A stretch of 64,000 bases of DNA from Deltaproteobacteria bacterium. GTDB lineage: Bacteria; UBA10199; JACPAL01; JACOUP01. The notes beneath the pieces are model-generated. The model made no database searches. It worked only from the letters and a program-made list of their open reading frames with translations, and was not told the origin of the DNA. Positions 46,163-56,255 of this stretch are shown piece after piece (the first letter of the stretch is position 1; every line of letters begins with the position of its first letter). The stretch is taken from positions 641,165-705,164 of the forward strand of contig JACOUP010000008.1 of NCBI GenBank assembly GCA_016177765.1, read 5' to 3'. Both the position numbers and the translations under genes were made by a program.

Positions 46163-46933
46163 CTATTCCTTGTAAGCGGGGGTCTTCTCAAATTCTTTCC
46201 GCTTTTCAACAAGCGATTCTGATAGCTCATTCAGACCCAGCACTTTTGCAACGACTGAGAAAATGTTGAAGGATCTGTGAATATAACACCCAAGGTTTTG
46301 TCTATACGGCACCACCTTCGGGGTTCCCATCATTCCTCTCATGCGAAAGCGCTCTGATCCTCCGTCGAAGTTCGCCTCATATAATTCCATGACTTGGGGA
46401 TAATCTCCATGAACATAACCCGACAAGCAATTGCCAATGGCGTCAAGCACTCTACGAGTGCGTTCTCGATTCTCAATTGGTTCAAAATACCGACCCTGCG
46501 ACGCAACCTTCTTTTTTCGAGGAATACGTTCTACCCGACTGTCGTCTACCAGCATTTCCTCGGTTGATTTAAGATCACTGTCGAAGAAAACATCTATGAT
46601 CCTTTGTTGATGCACGGTTTGTTGGCCTGTTTCGTGAGCTTCCTGAACGAACTGTATATCCTCAAGAAATTCCTGAATTGTGCGAAGTAGGACTCCAACC
46701 TCTTGAGTGTGTCCAACTCGCAGTAGGGCCATACTTGCATACAAGCCGCTTATAACTCGAACAGCCTTCAACGCTTGAAAGTGTCGAGAGTCAGGATTTG
46801 CATATCGAAATCGTTCCTTGCCTCTTTCCTCAAGGGAAAGTGGCTTACCAATTACAACAGCAAAACGATGGGCAGCCTTTTCGAGAATTTGGATACACTC
46901 AAGTTGGTAGGCTAATTTTTCCTTTTCGGTCAT
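46163..46933 (-). CDS. Hypothetical protein of 257 aa starting 3 nt from the tRNA-Ala 3' end.
   Basis: The true start MTEKEK is at 46933. The upstream 94 aa of the six-frame ORF are a tRNA read-through artefact (...[21 protein letters not shown]). Confidence 0.5.
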   Translation of the reverse strand: MTEKEKLAYQLECIQILEKAAHRFAVVIGKPLSLEERGKERFRYANPDSRHFQALKAVRVISGLYASMALLRVGHTQEVGVLLRTIQEFLEDIQFVQEAHETGQQTVHQQRIIDVFFDSDLKSTEEMLVDDSRVERIPRKKKVASQGRYFEPIENRERTRRVLDAIGNCLSGYVHGDYPQVMELYEANFDGGSERFRMRGMMGTPKVVPYRQNLGCYIHRSFNIFSVVAKVLGLNELSESLVEKRKEFEKTPAYKE

Positions 46934-46935
46934 TG

Positions 46936-47008
46936 TGGAGCAGGGGGGGATCGAACCCCCGACCTCCTGATTGCGAACCAGGCGCTCTCCCAGCTGAGCT
47001 ACTGCCCC
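46936..47008 (-). tRNA. tRNA-Ala (anticodon CGC).
   Basis: Minus-strand sequence GGGGCAGTAGCTCAGCTGGGAGAGCGCCTGGTTCGCAATCAGGAGGTCGGGGGTTCGATCCCCCCCTGCTCCA. The G3:U70 Ala identity pair is present, and the anticodon loop is TTCGCAA. Confidence 0.85.
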
Positions 47009-47067
47009 TTTCCCTTTACCGATAACTCCCCCACTGATTTTTGACAAGAAAGATGTTGATTCCTCGC

Positions 47068-47448
47068 TCACTCGATGATCAACGGTCGCCCAAGCACCGC
47101 GTGAATGCCAACCGCAAAGATGACTGTGGAAAAGGCCGACAAGACGCCGAGCCAGAGAATCCCCTCCAGTGCTCGCCATCTGGCGGGAAAGCGGGATTTC
47201 ACCATCCGTTTCCAAAGATAGAAAAAACCGACAAAAGAAGGAGGGACCAGCACCAGATTGATCATCTCATCCCCGGCCCAAAACCAAAAGAAGGCAAAGA
47301 AAAGCAGGCCCAGATAAGGAAAATACAAAAGACGCATCAGAACAACCACCCATCCAACCCCTGAAGAAGCCGCAAGAATCAGGAAGACCGTTGCGAGAGA
47401 TGTAGCACCAGAAACCCACAGCAGAAAAAGGGGAGAGACCAGGTCCAT
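47068..47448 (-). CDS. Hypothetical 4-TM membrane protein.
   Basis: Hydrophobic throughout. Function unknown. Confidence 0.4.
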   Translation of the reverse strand: MDLVSPLFLLWVSGATSLATVFLILAASSGVGWVVVLMRLLYFPYLGLLFFAFFWFWAGDEMINLVLVPPSFVGFFYLWKRMVKSRFPARWRALEGILWLGVLSAFSTVIFAVGIHAVLGRPLIIE

Positions 47449-47516
47449 GAGACAAGGCTAAGGGAAGGGTTGATTTTTGACAAGGAAGATGTTCTTAGCG
47501 GAGGGGTGAGGGGGAA

Positions 47517-48548
47517 ATGAAAGCGATTATCTTTGACGAACCGGGCGGGTTGGAAAAACTGAAATACGTCGAAGACTTCCCAACACCGGAACCGAAAGCG
47601 GGGGAGGTCCTGCTCAAGGTCAAGGCCTCCTCCCTCAATCACTTGGACATCTGGATCCGGAACGGGATCGCCGCCTACGGGACGACCTTTCCCCATATCT
47701 CCGGCTGTGATATCTCCGGGGTTATCGAAAAAACAGCGGGTGGCGCTAGCCACTGGAAAAAAGGGGATGAGGTCCTGATTTATCCGGGGATCACCTGTGG
47801 GATCTGTGAGGCGTGTGAATCGGGCCGGGAGAACCTCTGCAAGGGTTACACGATCATTGGGGCGGGAACCAACGGCGGGTTTGCCGAATACTGTCTGGTG
47901 CCGGCCAAGAATCTTTTTCGAAAACCCAAAAACCTCTCCTTTGAAGAGGCGGCCGCCTTTCCACTAGTCACCCTCACCTCCTGGCATATGCTAAAAACCC
48001 GTGCCAATCTTAAGAAAGGTCAATCGGTCCTTGTGTTGGGGGCCTCCAGTGGCATCGGTACCGCCGCCGTCCAGATCGCCAAGGCGGAAGGGGCGTTCGT
48101 GATCGCCACCGCCGGTTCTGCAGATAAACTGGAGAGGGTCAAGAAATTGGGGGCGGATGAACTGATCGACCACAACAAAGAAGACATCTTGGAACGGGTC
48201 AAAAAAATCACCGGCGGTCGGGGGGTTGATGTTGTTTATGAGCATATCGGCCCGACGACTTGGGACAAAAGTATAAAATCACTGGTGAAGGGGGGAACGC
48301 TCGTCACCTGCGGTGCGACCACCGGACCAACGGTCCAAACCGACCTCCGTTATGTTTATTCTCGTGAACTGTCGATACTCGGTTCCCTCATGGGGACACG
48401 CAAAGAATTGGAAGCTCTCCTGCCATTGATAGAATCTGGAAAAATCAAGACCCCGATCGATTCGACCTTTCCGTTAAAAGAGGTGGCGGTAGCGGAAAAA
48501 AAGCTTGAGTCGCGAGACTTCTTCGGAAAGATTGTGGTGAGAGTATGA
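47517..48548 (+). CDS. Zn-dependent alcohol dehydrogenase or quinone oxidoreductase (MDR family).
   Basis: A GroES-like N-terminus and [15 protein letters not shown] Rossmann motif. Confidence 0.85.
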   Translation: MKAIIFDEPGGLEKLKYVEDFPTPEPKAGEVLLKVKASSLNHLDIWIRNGIAAYGTTFPHISGCDISGVIEKTAGGASHWKKGDEVLIYPGITCGICEACESGRENLCKGYTIIGAGTNGGFAEYCLVPAKNLFRKPKNLSFEEAAAFPLVTLTSWHMLKTRANLKKGQSVLVLGASSGIGTAAVQIAKAEGAFVIATAGSADKLERVKKLGADELIDHNKEDILERVKKITGGRGVDVVYEHIGPTTWDKSIKSLVKGGTLVTCGATTGPTVQTDLRYVYSRELSILGSLMGTRKELEALLPLIESGKIKTPIDSTFPLKEVAVAEKKLESRDFFGKIVVRV

Positions 48549-50230
48549 GCCAAAAGAAAAAACTGAACCCTTACAGTGCCCGGATCACACAGAATCTGGA
48601 CCAGCCCGGTTCGCAGGCGATGCTCTACGCCTTGGGTCTGACTGAAAAAGATCTGGCCAAACCGTTCGTCGGGATCGCCTCGACCGGCTACGAGGGGAAC
48701 CCCTGCAACATGCACTTGAATGACCTGGCCCGACTCGTCAAACAGGGGTGCCATGAGGCGGGGTTGACCGGACTTATCTTTCACACGATCGGCGTCTCTG
48801 ACGGGATCTCCATGGGGACCGAGGGGATGAATTATTCACTCCAGTCGCGCGAAATTATCGCCGACTCAATCGAAACAGTCATGGCGGCCCACTGGTATGA
48901 TGCCAACATTTCAGTAGTCGGGTGCGATAAAAATATGCCCGGTTCCGTAATGGCGATGGGGCGCTTGAACCGTCCCAGTATCATGGTTTATGGGGGGACA
49001 ATCCAGGCGGGCCACTTTCAGGGAAAAACCCTGGATATCGTCTCCGCCTTTGAAGGGTTGGGGCAATGCCTCGCCGGAAAAATTTCCCAAGATGACCTGA
49101 AAGGGATCCTGCAACATGCCTGCCCCGGGGCTGGTGCCTGTGGCGGGATGTACACCGCCAACACAATGGCCTCCGCCATCGAAGCGCTTGGGATGAGCCT
49201 GCCGTACAGTTCCTCTTACCCCGCCGTGAGTCAGGAAAAAAGAACCGAATGCCTCAAGGCCGGCGCGGCACTCCGCAATCTATTGGAAAAAGATATCAAG
49301 CCGCGCGACATCATGACCCGTAAGGCGTTTGAAAATGCGATCACGATCGTAATGGCGCTCGGCGGTTCGACCAACGCCGTCTTGCACCTGATCGCGATGG
49401 CCAAAACGGTTGGCGTCAAACTGACGATCGACGACTTTCAAAAAATCAGCGACCGAACCCCCTTTATTGCCGACCTTAAACCGAGTGGACAATATGTCAT
49501 GGAAGACCTCTCGGCGGTCGGCGGTGTCCCGGCGGTGATGAAACTCCTCCTCAAAGAAAAATTGCTCCATCGGGATTGCCTCACGGTAACGGGACAGACC
49601 ATTGCCGAAAATCTTGAGAATTTGCCCGATCTAAAAACAGGGCAGAAGATTATCACCCCACTCTCCCGCCCGATCAAAAAAACAGGTCATATCCAGATTC
49701 TGTACGGAAACCTGGCGGCTGAAGGGGCCGTTGCCAAGATCACCGGAAAAGAGGGGAACTCATTTACCGGTCCCGCCCGCGTCTTTGACAGTGAAGAAGA
49801 GGCGATCACGGCGCTTCAGGCCAAAAAGATCAAGAAGGGGGACCTCCTCGTCATCCGTTATGAAGGACCCAAAGGGGGGCCCGGGATGAGTGAGATGTTG
49901 AAGGTCACGGCGGTCGTGATGGGGGCCGGTCTTGGGAAGGATGTCGCACTGATCACCGATGGTCGGTTCTCCGGCGGGACTCACGGTTTTGTGGTCGGTC
50001 ATATCACCCCGGAGGCGCAGGTTGGTGGAACCTTGGCGATTGTCCAGGATGGAGATAAGATCACCATCGATGCCGAAAAGCATGAGATCAATCTCAGTCT
50101 GAGCCTAAAAGAAATTGACAACCGGCTCTGCCGGTGGAAGGCCCCGCCGCTCAAGGCGACCCAAGGGACCCTCTACAAATATATCAAGAATGTCTCTTCC
50201 GCCTCCGAAGGGGCGGTGACCGATTCATAA
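48545..50230 (+). CDS. ilvD: Dihydroxy-acid dehydratase.
   Basis: GCDKNMPG and [17 protein letters not shown] are the IlvD motifs. Confidence 0.9.
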   Translation: MSQKKKLNPYSARITQNLDQPGSQAMLYALGLTEKDLAKPFVGIASTGYEGNPCNMHLNDLARLVKQGCHEAGLTGLIFHTIGVSDGISMGTEGMNYSLQSREIIADSIETVMAAHWYDANISVVGCDKNMPGSVMAMGRLNRPSIMVYGGTIQAGHFQGKTLDIVSAFEGLGQCLAGKISQDDLKGILQHACPGAGACGGMYTANTMASAIEALGMSLPYSSSYPAVSQEKRTECLKAGAALRNLLEKDIKPRDIMTRKAFENAITIVMALGGSTNAVLHLIAMAKTVGVKLTIDDFQKISDRTPFIADLKPSGQYVMEDLSAVGGVPAVMKLLLKEKLLHRDCLTVTGQTIAENLENLPDLKTGQKIITPLSRPIKKTGHIQILYGNLAAEGAVAKITGKEGNSFTGPARVFDSEEEAITALQAKKIKKGDLLVIRYEGPKGGPGMSEMLKVTAVVMGAGLGKDVALITDGRFSGGTHGFVVGHITPEAQVGGTLAIVQDGDKITIDAEKHEINLSLSLKEIDNRLCRWKAPPLKATQGTLYKYIKNVSSASEGAVTDS

Positions 50231-50291
50231 AATCCTCTTAAATATCGCAACATTTCTGGTCTCTAACCGATACCCTCAGTAAGAAAGTGAC

Positions 50292-51710
50292 ATGGCCAAG
50301 ACCTACCATTGCACAGCCGCCACACCCAGTACCACCCTCGGTCCCGTCACTCTGACAGAGGAAAATTGTACCATCGGCGACGGAGATCAACCGGACAAAA
50401 CGGTCCGTTTTGTGCAAGCCACCTTCCCGCTCAACACCCTTTCCGTTTTCGATATGAATATCGATCGTGCCAACACCCTTTCCCGTTTGGAAAAACAGTT
50501 TGACGTCGAGGGGTTCAAGGCACTTCTGACCGGCCGTGTCGCCGCTAATCCGGATGGGGGAACCGCTGTCGAGGTTTTAAAAGAGCTTCCTTCTGCCGTC
50601 CTCGTAGTGGGCGGGATCTACTTTGCTACCGATGATGAAAGAATCAGTTGGCTTGGTGGCGATAGGACCCGGCAGGCGGATGGTTTCGTCTTTGATAACG
50701 GTGCCCTCTCTTACGAACGGGGAAATTTTGAATCCGGCGGTTATCTCCTGTTCGACCAACAAGGGGTGCCAAGCTTTGTACCCAAAAAAGAATTCGGTTT
50801 TGGCGATCTCAACGACAAGTTTTGTTCCCAAGGTCATTGTGAACCAAGGGAGAAATACCGGCTGGTCGTGCAATCCAACCGGGTACTCGTTCTGGATGGT
50901 CATGCCGACGAAAACAGGGATGATGTCGCCGATTTTGCCTCGGCCCTCTCGGCGAATAGAGACGGTTCTGTATCTCTTACGGTCGCCTTCGAACCGGGCA
51001 AAGAGCCGAATGGTTCCGGGCCGACGCCGCTCGAGTTTGCCGAACTCTTGGCCCGGCACGAAAGTCGCTTCGCCATTAATCTGGATGGAGGGCCTTCGAC
51101 GCAACTGGCCTTCCGTCATCGTTCTTTAGGAATACCGAATGATCTTGTTCCAAGAAAAGCAGGTAGTCCTAACAGGATGCCGCAACTCTTTGTGGTCAAT
51201 TCCACCCCCTTCCCGGAACTCTGGAAGGCGGTCACGGATGATGACTTGCTGACCATCCATGAATGGAATCGGTTGTCTCCCTGGATTTTAGAAAATTGGG
51301 AGAAAAACGGGGTCTCCACCCTCTCCCAATTTTTGGAGGATGCGGTCATCAACAGAAACTGGGTGATCGCCCCGGCTATTCTCAGGAAACTGCACGAAAT
51401 CGGGATCGAACCCCAAAAGGTTGCTATCATCGCTGAACGGCAAAAAGCGGCAGAAACAGTTTACACCGCCTTTCGTCAAGCCACTGAAAATGATAAGCGT
51501 CTGGAAATGCGTGAGATCAGCGCCTTTTGGAGTTCGTTGGAGGGGATCCCTCAATCCGATCGCCGGGCGGGGGTCCTATTTTTTCTCGATTTTTTACGAA
51601 GCCACCCGGAATGCTCGCTGGATGAAAGGAGCCGTTCCTTTCTTTCAAAGGCGTTCGGCCCTTACATCAACCCGATCTGGTCGTTGCGTTTCAGAAAAAT
51701 TGAAGGTTAG
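50292..51710 (+). CDS. Phosphodiester glycosidase family protein (DUF2233-type) with an extra C-terminal domain.
   Basis: AINLDGGPSTQLAF is the family motif. No signal peptide is evident. Confidence 0.55.
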   Translation: MAKTYHCTAATPSTTLGPVTLTEENCTIGDGDQPDKTVRFVQATFPLNTLSVFDMNIDRANTLSRLEKQFDVEGFKALLTGRVAANPDGGTAVEVLKELPSAVLVVGGIYFATDDERISWLGGDRTRQADGFVFDNGALSYERGNFESGGYLLFDQQGVPSFVPKKEFGFGDLNDKFCSQGHCEPREKYRLVVQSNRVLVLDGHADENRDDVADFASALSANRDGSVSLTVAFEPGKEPNGSGPTPLEFAELLARHESRFAINLDGGPSTQLAFRHRSLGIPNDLVPRKAGSPNRMPQLFVVNSTPFPELWKAVTDDDLLTIHEWNRLSPWILENWEKNGVSTLSQFLEDAVINRNWVIAPAILRKLHEIGIEPQKVAIIAERQKAAETVYTAFRQATENDKRLEMREISAFWSSLEGIPQSDRRAGVLFFLDFLRSHPECSLDERSRSFLSKAFGPYINPIWSLRFRKIEG

Positions 51711-51719
51711 AGAGGTCTC

Positions 51720-52061
51720 ATGCCTGAAAAACCGGTCCTTTACTTTGATGACATGTGTCACCTTTGCCGTTGTTCCGTCCAGCGTTGGCAACGAGCGACC
51801 GGTAATCGCATCGATTACCTCCCCTCGCCAACCCGTCTAGAGGCAGTTCAACTGGTGGAGTCTGACGGAAAGATTTATAACGGCGCTGAGGCGGTCTTTC
51901 GAGTTTTATCCTACGCACCCGGATGGAAGAGAAACTTCCTCAAATCCTACGAAAGATTCTATATCTTTGCGACAACGAGCGAGTGGTTTTACAGGGTTGT
52001 GGCCAGACACCGGAAATTATTTTCAAAACTTATTCGGTGTCCTTCGGAGGAACGGCATTAA
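51720..52061 (+). CDS. DCC1-like thiol-disulfide oxidoreductase (DUF393).
   Basis: VLYFDDMCHLCR is the N-terminal CxxC motif of the family. Confidence 0.65.
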   Translation: MPEKPVLYFDDMCHLCRCSVQRWQRATGNRIDYLPSPTRLEAVQLVESDGKIYNGAEAVFRVLSYAPGWKRNFLKSYERFYIFATTSEWFYRVVARHRKLFSKLIRCPSEERH

Positions 52062-54189
52062 GGAAATCAAGACGCCTTTGGGCCACTTCCGTCACTGAAT
52101 CCAGAGGGAAGGGTGGTACACCCAAAGGTTCCGAGAGGGAGCGCAGGGAGTATCTTTGGGTCCCTTCATCATACACAATGAAGAGCCCGAACAACGCCTG
52201 AAAGGTCGCTTCATTCGACGTATAATAATATTCCGGTTCTTGCCGGTAAGGACTAAAGAGAGCCGATAGAGCATCCGTCAACCATTCAAGCCCGCCCTTT
52301 TCCACGTCATCAAAGAGAGAACCGCCTATTGCCTTCGGATCACGGCCACTCTCCTTCTGCCAGAGCGCACCCACAGCCTGACTCGCCGCCTTAAAAGAGG
52401 TCTCATCCACAACCTTGTTCCGGATCAGACTGCCCCAGATGGCATGGGCATACTCGTGGCGCAAAGGGGCAACATACTGTTCATCCCAGACAAGATAGAT
52501 CCGGCTGTTATCCAGTATAAAACCAAAAAGATCCCCTGCGGCGATTCGTTCAAAACTCCGATAGGCCTCCGTAATCCTTTCTCTGGCCTCTTGGAACTTC
52601 CCTTCGCGAAGAAGGCTCTCTCCACTTTCGAGGAGATCAACGGCATGATTGTAATAAACATTCCAGAAGGTTTCTCGGGTAACAAAATTGACAGTCGGTT
52701 GAGAGGCCTCCTTGCCAACCTGTGCGATTAATCCCGGGGGGTACCGGCCAAGGGTTTCCTGCGTAAAGGAAACGAGGCGATTGCCAAACCCTTCTTCTGA
52801 ATGGAGCCTCGGCTCTTGGGGATCGACCAGGACAGGAATCTTTTCTCCCGCTACCTCGGCTAGGCCGATTGGTTGAAATGCCTTGGGTGACACACCATTG
52901 TGTGACTCACCCTTGGGAACCGGTCTCTTCTTGGTAAGTCCCGCCGACCGGAGACCGGAAATGATCTTCCAAAGAGTCACTTCCGAGGGGATAGGCACCC
53001 TGTACCCGTTGAATTCCATCAGGGGAGAAAAAGAAAAGGCATACGGAGTCGTATCCACAGAGGAGGAAGGATGGATGAGATCCGGATTGAGCCCGGTCGC
53101 CCGGGCAAGAAACCCCTTTTCTGTCTCCGGCGTTGACGCATCAACAACAATGGACCCCCGTAAAGCAAGCGACCGGAGGACCCTTTCGACCTCTCCATTG
53201 AAACTCGTCGCGAGGGTAAAACGGGAAAGTGTCCCATAGTCAGCGGATCTTTTAAAAAAGGAGAATGAATCTTCTTTTGGTTTTTCATGAAAGCGATCCG
53301 GAAGGAAGAAATAGATCTCTTCCCTTCCGTTCAGATCGTCCAGGATGGAATCAATCGACGCGATATATTTCTGGAGTCGTTCCTTGAGCTCTAAATCAGT
53401 CGTGGGTGATTGAAGCGCCGCTTGAAGGTTCTTTTTTGCCTGCCGCATCGCGCCCAGAACCAATCCCGTCGTTTGACGATCCAGCTTCCCATGATAAAAA
53501 ACAGGGCCCGGGTAGGAATGTTCCCTCTGCTTCAGGTCAGAAACCGCTTCTTCCACCTTCCTGTAGAAATGATACCGCTGATCCAGGGGGACCCCGGCAA
53601 CGGACAACGAAATGCTCGCAATTCGAACAAACCGGTTAAATTCACGGACCCCATAAAGCCGGCCGTTGGAACCAATGGACGAAAAATTCTCCTCCGTCAA
53701 ATGCGGTTGTTCCACGGAACAACGGTAAGGAACCGGTAGAATCGCTTTGTCATCCCAGGCATCGGCGGCAACTTTTGAACGATTAAGTAGAAAAGAAACC
53801 GTCTCGTCAAAATTCAACCGGCGGACAAGCCGGCTCCCTGCCGTAGAAGTGGACCGATCCTTGGCCTCATACCAGGTCCTTTCGTAGAGAAGATAGGAAT
53901 CTTTCTCATCCGGACCGGGAACTGTTCCCGGTAAGTCCTTAAAAACAATATAATGATCTCGAAAGGAATCTGATTTTTGACCGCGAGGGGGTGGAGGATC
54001 CAACGGAGCGGTATGAAGAACCTCCTTCACGTCGCTTCCTATTCCAAGTGCGATAAGAGCGATTGTCTCCTCTAGACTCCTGGGTGTAACGCGAGGAGTC
54101 TCGACTCGGGGAGTCTCCACCACAGGGATTTGAATACAAACCGACTTTGTGGGTCGCGGGGGGGCCATCGTTGCCTTTATTATCGGCAA
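52030..54189 (-). CDS. Large hypothetical protein with a HExxH (zincin-like) motif.
   Basis: LRHEYAHAIWG is the motif. The rest of the protein is unrecognisable. Confidence 0.45.
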   Translation of the reverse strand: MPIIKATMAPPRPTKSVCIQIPVVETPRVETPRVTPRSLEETIALIALGIGSDVKEVLHTAPLDPPPPRGQKSDSFRDHYIVFKDLPGTVPGPDEKDSYLLYERTWYEAKDRSTSTAGSRLVRRLNFDETVSFLLNRSKVAADAWDDKAILPVPYRCSVEQPHLTEENFSSIGSNGRLYGVREFNRFVRIASISLSVAGVPLDQRYHFYRKVEEAVSDLKQREHSYPGPVFYHGKLDRQTTGLVLGAMRQAKKNLQAALQSPTTDLELKERLQKYIASIDSILDDLNGREEIYFFLPDRFHEKPKEDSFSFFKRSADYGTLSRFTLATSFNGEVERVLRSLALRGSIVVDASTPETEKGFLARATGLNPDLIHPSSSVDTTPYAFSFSPLMEFNGYRVPIPSEVTLWKIISGLRSAGLTKKRPVPKGESHNGVSPKAFQPIGLAEVAGEKIPVLVDPQEPRLHSEEGFGNRLVSFTQETLGRYPPGLIAQVGKEASQPTVNFVTRETFWNVYYNHAVDLLESGESLLREGKFQEARERITEAYRSFERIAAGDLFGFILDNSRIYLVWDEQYVAPLRHEYAHAIWGSLIRNKVVDETSFKAASQAVGALWQKESGRDPKAIGGSLFDDVEKGGLEWLTDALSALFSPYRQEPEYYYTSNEATFQALFGLFIVYDEGTQRYSLRSLSEPLGVPPFPLDSVTEVAQRRLDFLNAVPPKDTE

Positions 54190-54227
54190 AAAGGGGGGGT
54201 GGGTTGCCCTTAATTTTTAGTGGGTGA

Positions 54228-54869
54228 TTACTTGAAAAGTAGAATAATTTCATGTGGTTCCGCAATCAGAAAATCCGGCTGACTGGCGTGGACTTCCTCC
54301 TCACCCCGGAACCCGTACGTCACCCCACAGGTCAGGATCCCGGCATTCTTTCCGGTCTCGATATCAACCCGGCTGTCCCCAATCATCACCGCTTGGGCCG
54401 GGGGGCAGTTGAATTCTTTTAAGAGGTGATGAATCGCCGCCGGGTCCGGTTTTTTCGGAAAACCATCCTCCCCCCCAATGATCGCCGAGAAATAATGGTC
54501 CACCTTGAGCCCCTTGAGGATCGGAAGGCTAAAAACCCCCGGCTTGTTGGTCAAAACCGCCTGCGTTTTCCCTTTAAAGTGATGCAAAACTTCCTTCACC
54601 CCTGCAAAAAGTTGCGTCTGGTCCAGCAGGTGTTCGAGGTAATGAGTTTTAAATATTTTCAACGCCTCTTTAAACTTCGCTCCCCCCTCCTCCCCCACTG
54701 ATTTGGCGATAAGTGGTCGGACGCCATTGCCGACATAACTATAAACAACCTCGTTGGAAACAGTCGGCAGACCCAACTGGGTCAAGGTCCAGTTGACGGA
54801 ATTGGCAATATCTTGTTTTGAATCGATCAGCGTGCCATCGAGATCGTAGATGAGGAGAGAGATCTTCAT
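54228..54869 (-). CDS. HAD-family phosphatase, phosphoglycolate phosphatase-like.
   Basis: LLIYDLDGTLIDS is HAD motif I. LTNKP and GDSRVDIETGKNAG are motifs II and III. Confidence 0.8.
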   Translation of the reverse strand: MKISLLIYDLDGTLIDSKQDIANSVNWTLTQLGLPTVSNEVVYSYVGNGVRPLIAKSVGEEGGAKFKEALKIFKTHYLEHLLDQTQLFAGVKEVLHHFKGKTQAVLTNKPGVFSLPILKGLKVDHYFSAIIGGEDGFPKKPDPAAIHHLLKEFNCPPAQAVMIGDSRVDIETGKNAGILTCGVTYGFRGEEEVHASQPDFLIAEPHEIILLFK

Positions 54870-54879
54870 AATCAGACCG

Positions 54880-54925
54880 CCCCCCAACCCCCTCCTTAGC
54901 TAAGGAGGGGGAGAAAGGGGGAGGT
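54880..54925. repeat. Intergenic hairpin element, copy B.
   Basis: The palindrome ccccctcc-ttagctaa-ggaggggg, followed by gagaaagggggagg. Confidence 0.55.
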
Positions 54926-54977
54926 CTGGGATACTTACGATTTTGACAAAAGAGATTCAAGCTGTTACTCGGAAAGA

Positions 54978-55838
54978 ATGAACATTACCTTCGTTTTCAT
55001 CCTTTTTCTTACACATTTAGCCTGTGGTCTCTTGATCACACTTTTGTTTCTTCCTGAGGCGGGGATTGACAGACGCTTCTTCAAATCGATCAGCTTTTGG
55101 TCCTTTCTGTTCTTAGCAAGTGCGCTCCTTTTAGAAAGGCATTACGCCTTCTCGCTCCCGCTCCCGTTCAAGGTCTCTCAAGGGCGATTCGCCCAACCCT
55201 CAACGGAACTCCTCAACATCGCCAACATCTTAGGGGTTACGCTGGCCGCAACCTGTTTTCTCTTTTGGATGTTTGCCCGATGGGGGAGCCTGCGGCTCTT
55301 TATTGTTATCCGGTTTGCAGGCCTTCTCGCCCTGGGGCTCCTCTGTGTGGAGGCGTTGATCTATCGACCCCAGCTCAATCCGCTCTGGGTCTCCACCATC
55401 AACCTGCCGCTCAATTTTATCTCGTCGGCGCTTCTTCTCGGTTCCTTCCTGGCCGGGATGATCTTTGGCCATTGGTACTTGATCGACACGGAGATGCCAA
55501 AAAAACTCCTCTTGCAGATGGCCTGGATCCTGATCGGCGCCCTCGCCCTGCGGGTCCTCTCTATTGCAGTCACCCTCCTCCTTTATAAGGAACTGGTCTA
55601 CCCGGAAACCAACTTTATGGAGAACCTGATTTCACTCGCCGGCCATGGGATCTTTTTCTGGCAGAGGGTCCTTGTGGGGCTTGTGATCCCTGCGATTGCG
55701 GCCGTGATGGTCTGGTCGACCGCACGGGGGGGATCGAACCAGTCGGCAACAGGGATTATGTATGTCGGGATCGCCTTTATCTTTATCGGTGAACTGGCGG
55801 CACGGTATCTGTTCCTTCTTTCAGCGATCCCGTTGTGA
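54978..55838 (+). CDS. Hypothetical polytopic membrane protein with 8-9 TM helices.
   Basis: Hydrophobic throughout. Its stop overlaps the next ATG. Confidence 0.5.
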   Translation: MNITFVFILFLTHLACGLLITLLFLPEAGIDRRFFKSISFWSFLFLASALLLERHYAFSLPLPFKVSQGRFAQPSTELLNIANILGVTLAATCFLFWMFARWGSLRLFIVIRFAGLLALGLLCVEALIYRPQLNPLWVSTINLPLNFISSALLLGSFLAGMIFGHWYLIDTEMPKKLLLQMAWILIGALALRVLSIAVTLLLYKELVYPETNFMENLISLAGHGIFFWQRVLVGLVIPAIAAVMVWSTARGGSNQSATGIMYVGIAFIFIGELAARYLFLLSAIPL

Positions 55839-56155
55839 AAAAATTCTCCTCCAACGACAAAAGAGAATCAATCACCACCTGCCGTGACTGCGGAGCCAAG
55901 GATCTCTACCTGCAAAAAACTTTTCCCCGAAAGATCGGGATTCCAATTGTGGTGATCGGCATTATTGCGAGCTTCTGGACCTACGGCTTGTCCTTACTCG
56001 TCGTGGCGCTGATCGATTTTATCTTCTTTCACTTAAGCCCCTGGATGCTCGTTTGTTACCGGTGCCATGCCGAGCATCGCGGTTTTGCACAGGGCCTTAA
56101 TTTTAAGGAATTTGATCGGCACACCGATGAATTGTACCGGTATGGGGGGAATTAA
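55835..56155 (+). CDS. Small membrane protein with two CxxC pairs.
   Basis: CRDC ... CYRC flanking a TM helix. Coupled to the upstream gene. Confidence 0.4.
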   Translation: MKKFSSNDKRESITTCRDCGAKDLYLQKTFPRKIGIPIVVIGIIASFWTYGLSLLVVALIDFIFFHLSPWMLVCYRCHAEHRGFAQGLNFKEFDRHTDELYRYGGN

Positions 56156-56164
56156 ACCCCCTCA

Positions 56165-56255
56165 CCCTGACCCTCTCCCGCCAGGGGAGAGGGAAATATC
56201 TTTTAATAAAATTTCCCCTCCCTTGATGGGAGGGGATGAAGGGGAGGGTGAAAGT
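56165..56255. repeat. Intergenic hairpin element, copy C, between convergent genes.
   Basis: ccctctccc-gccag-gggagaggg and cccctccc-ttgat-gggagggg hairpins, followed by atgaaggggagggtg. Confidence 0.7.

Noticed and set aside
46934-47215. The N-terminal 94 aa of the six-frame ORF 46163..47215 (...[25 protein letters not shown])
   Set aside because: This segment is the antisense-free translation of tRNA-Ala itself, the familiar tRNA read-through peptide. The real CDS starts at ATG 46933.
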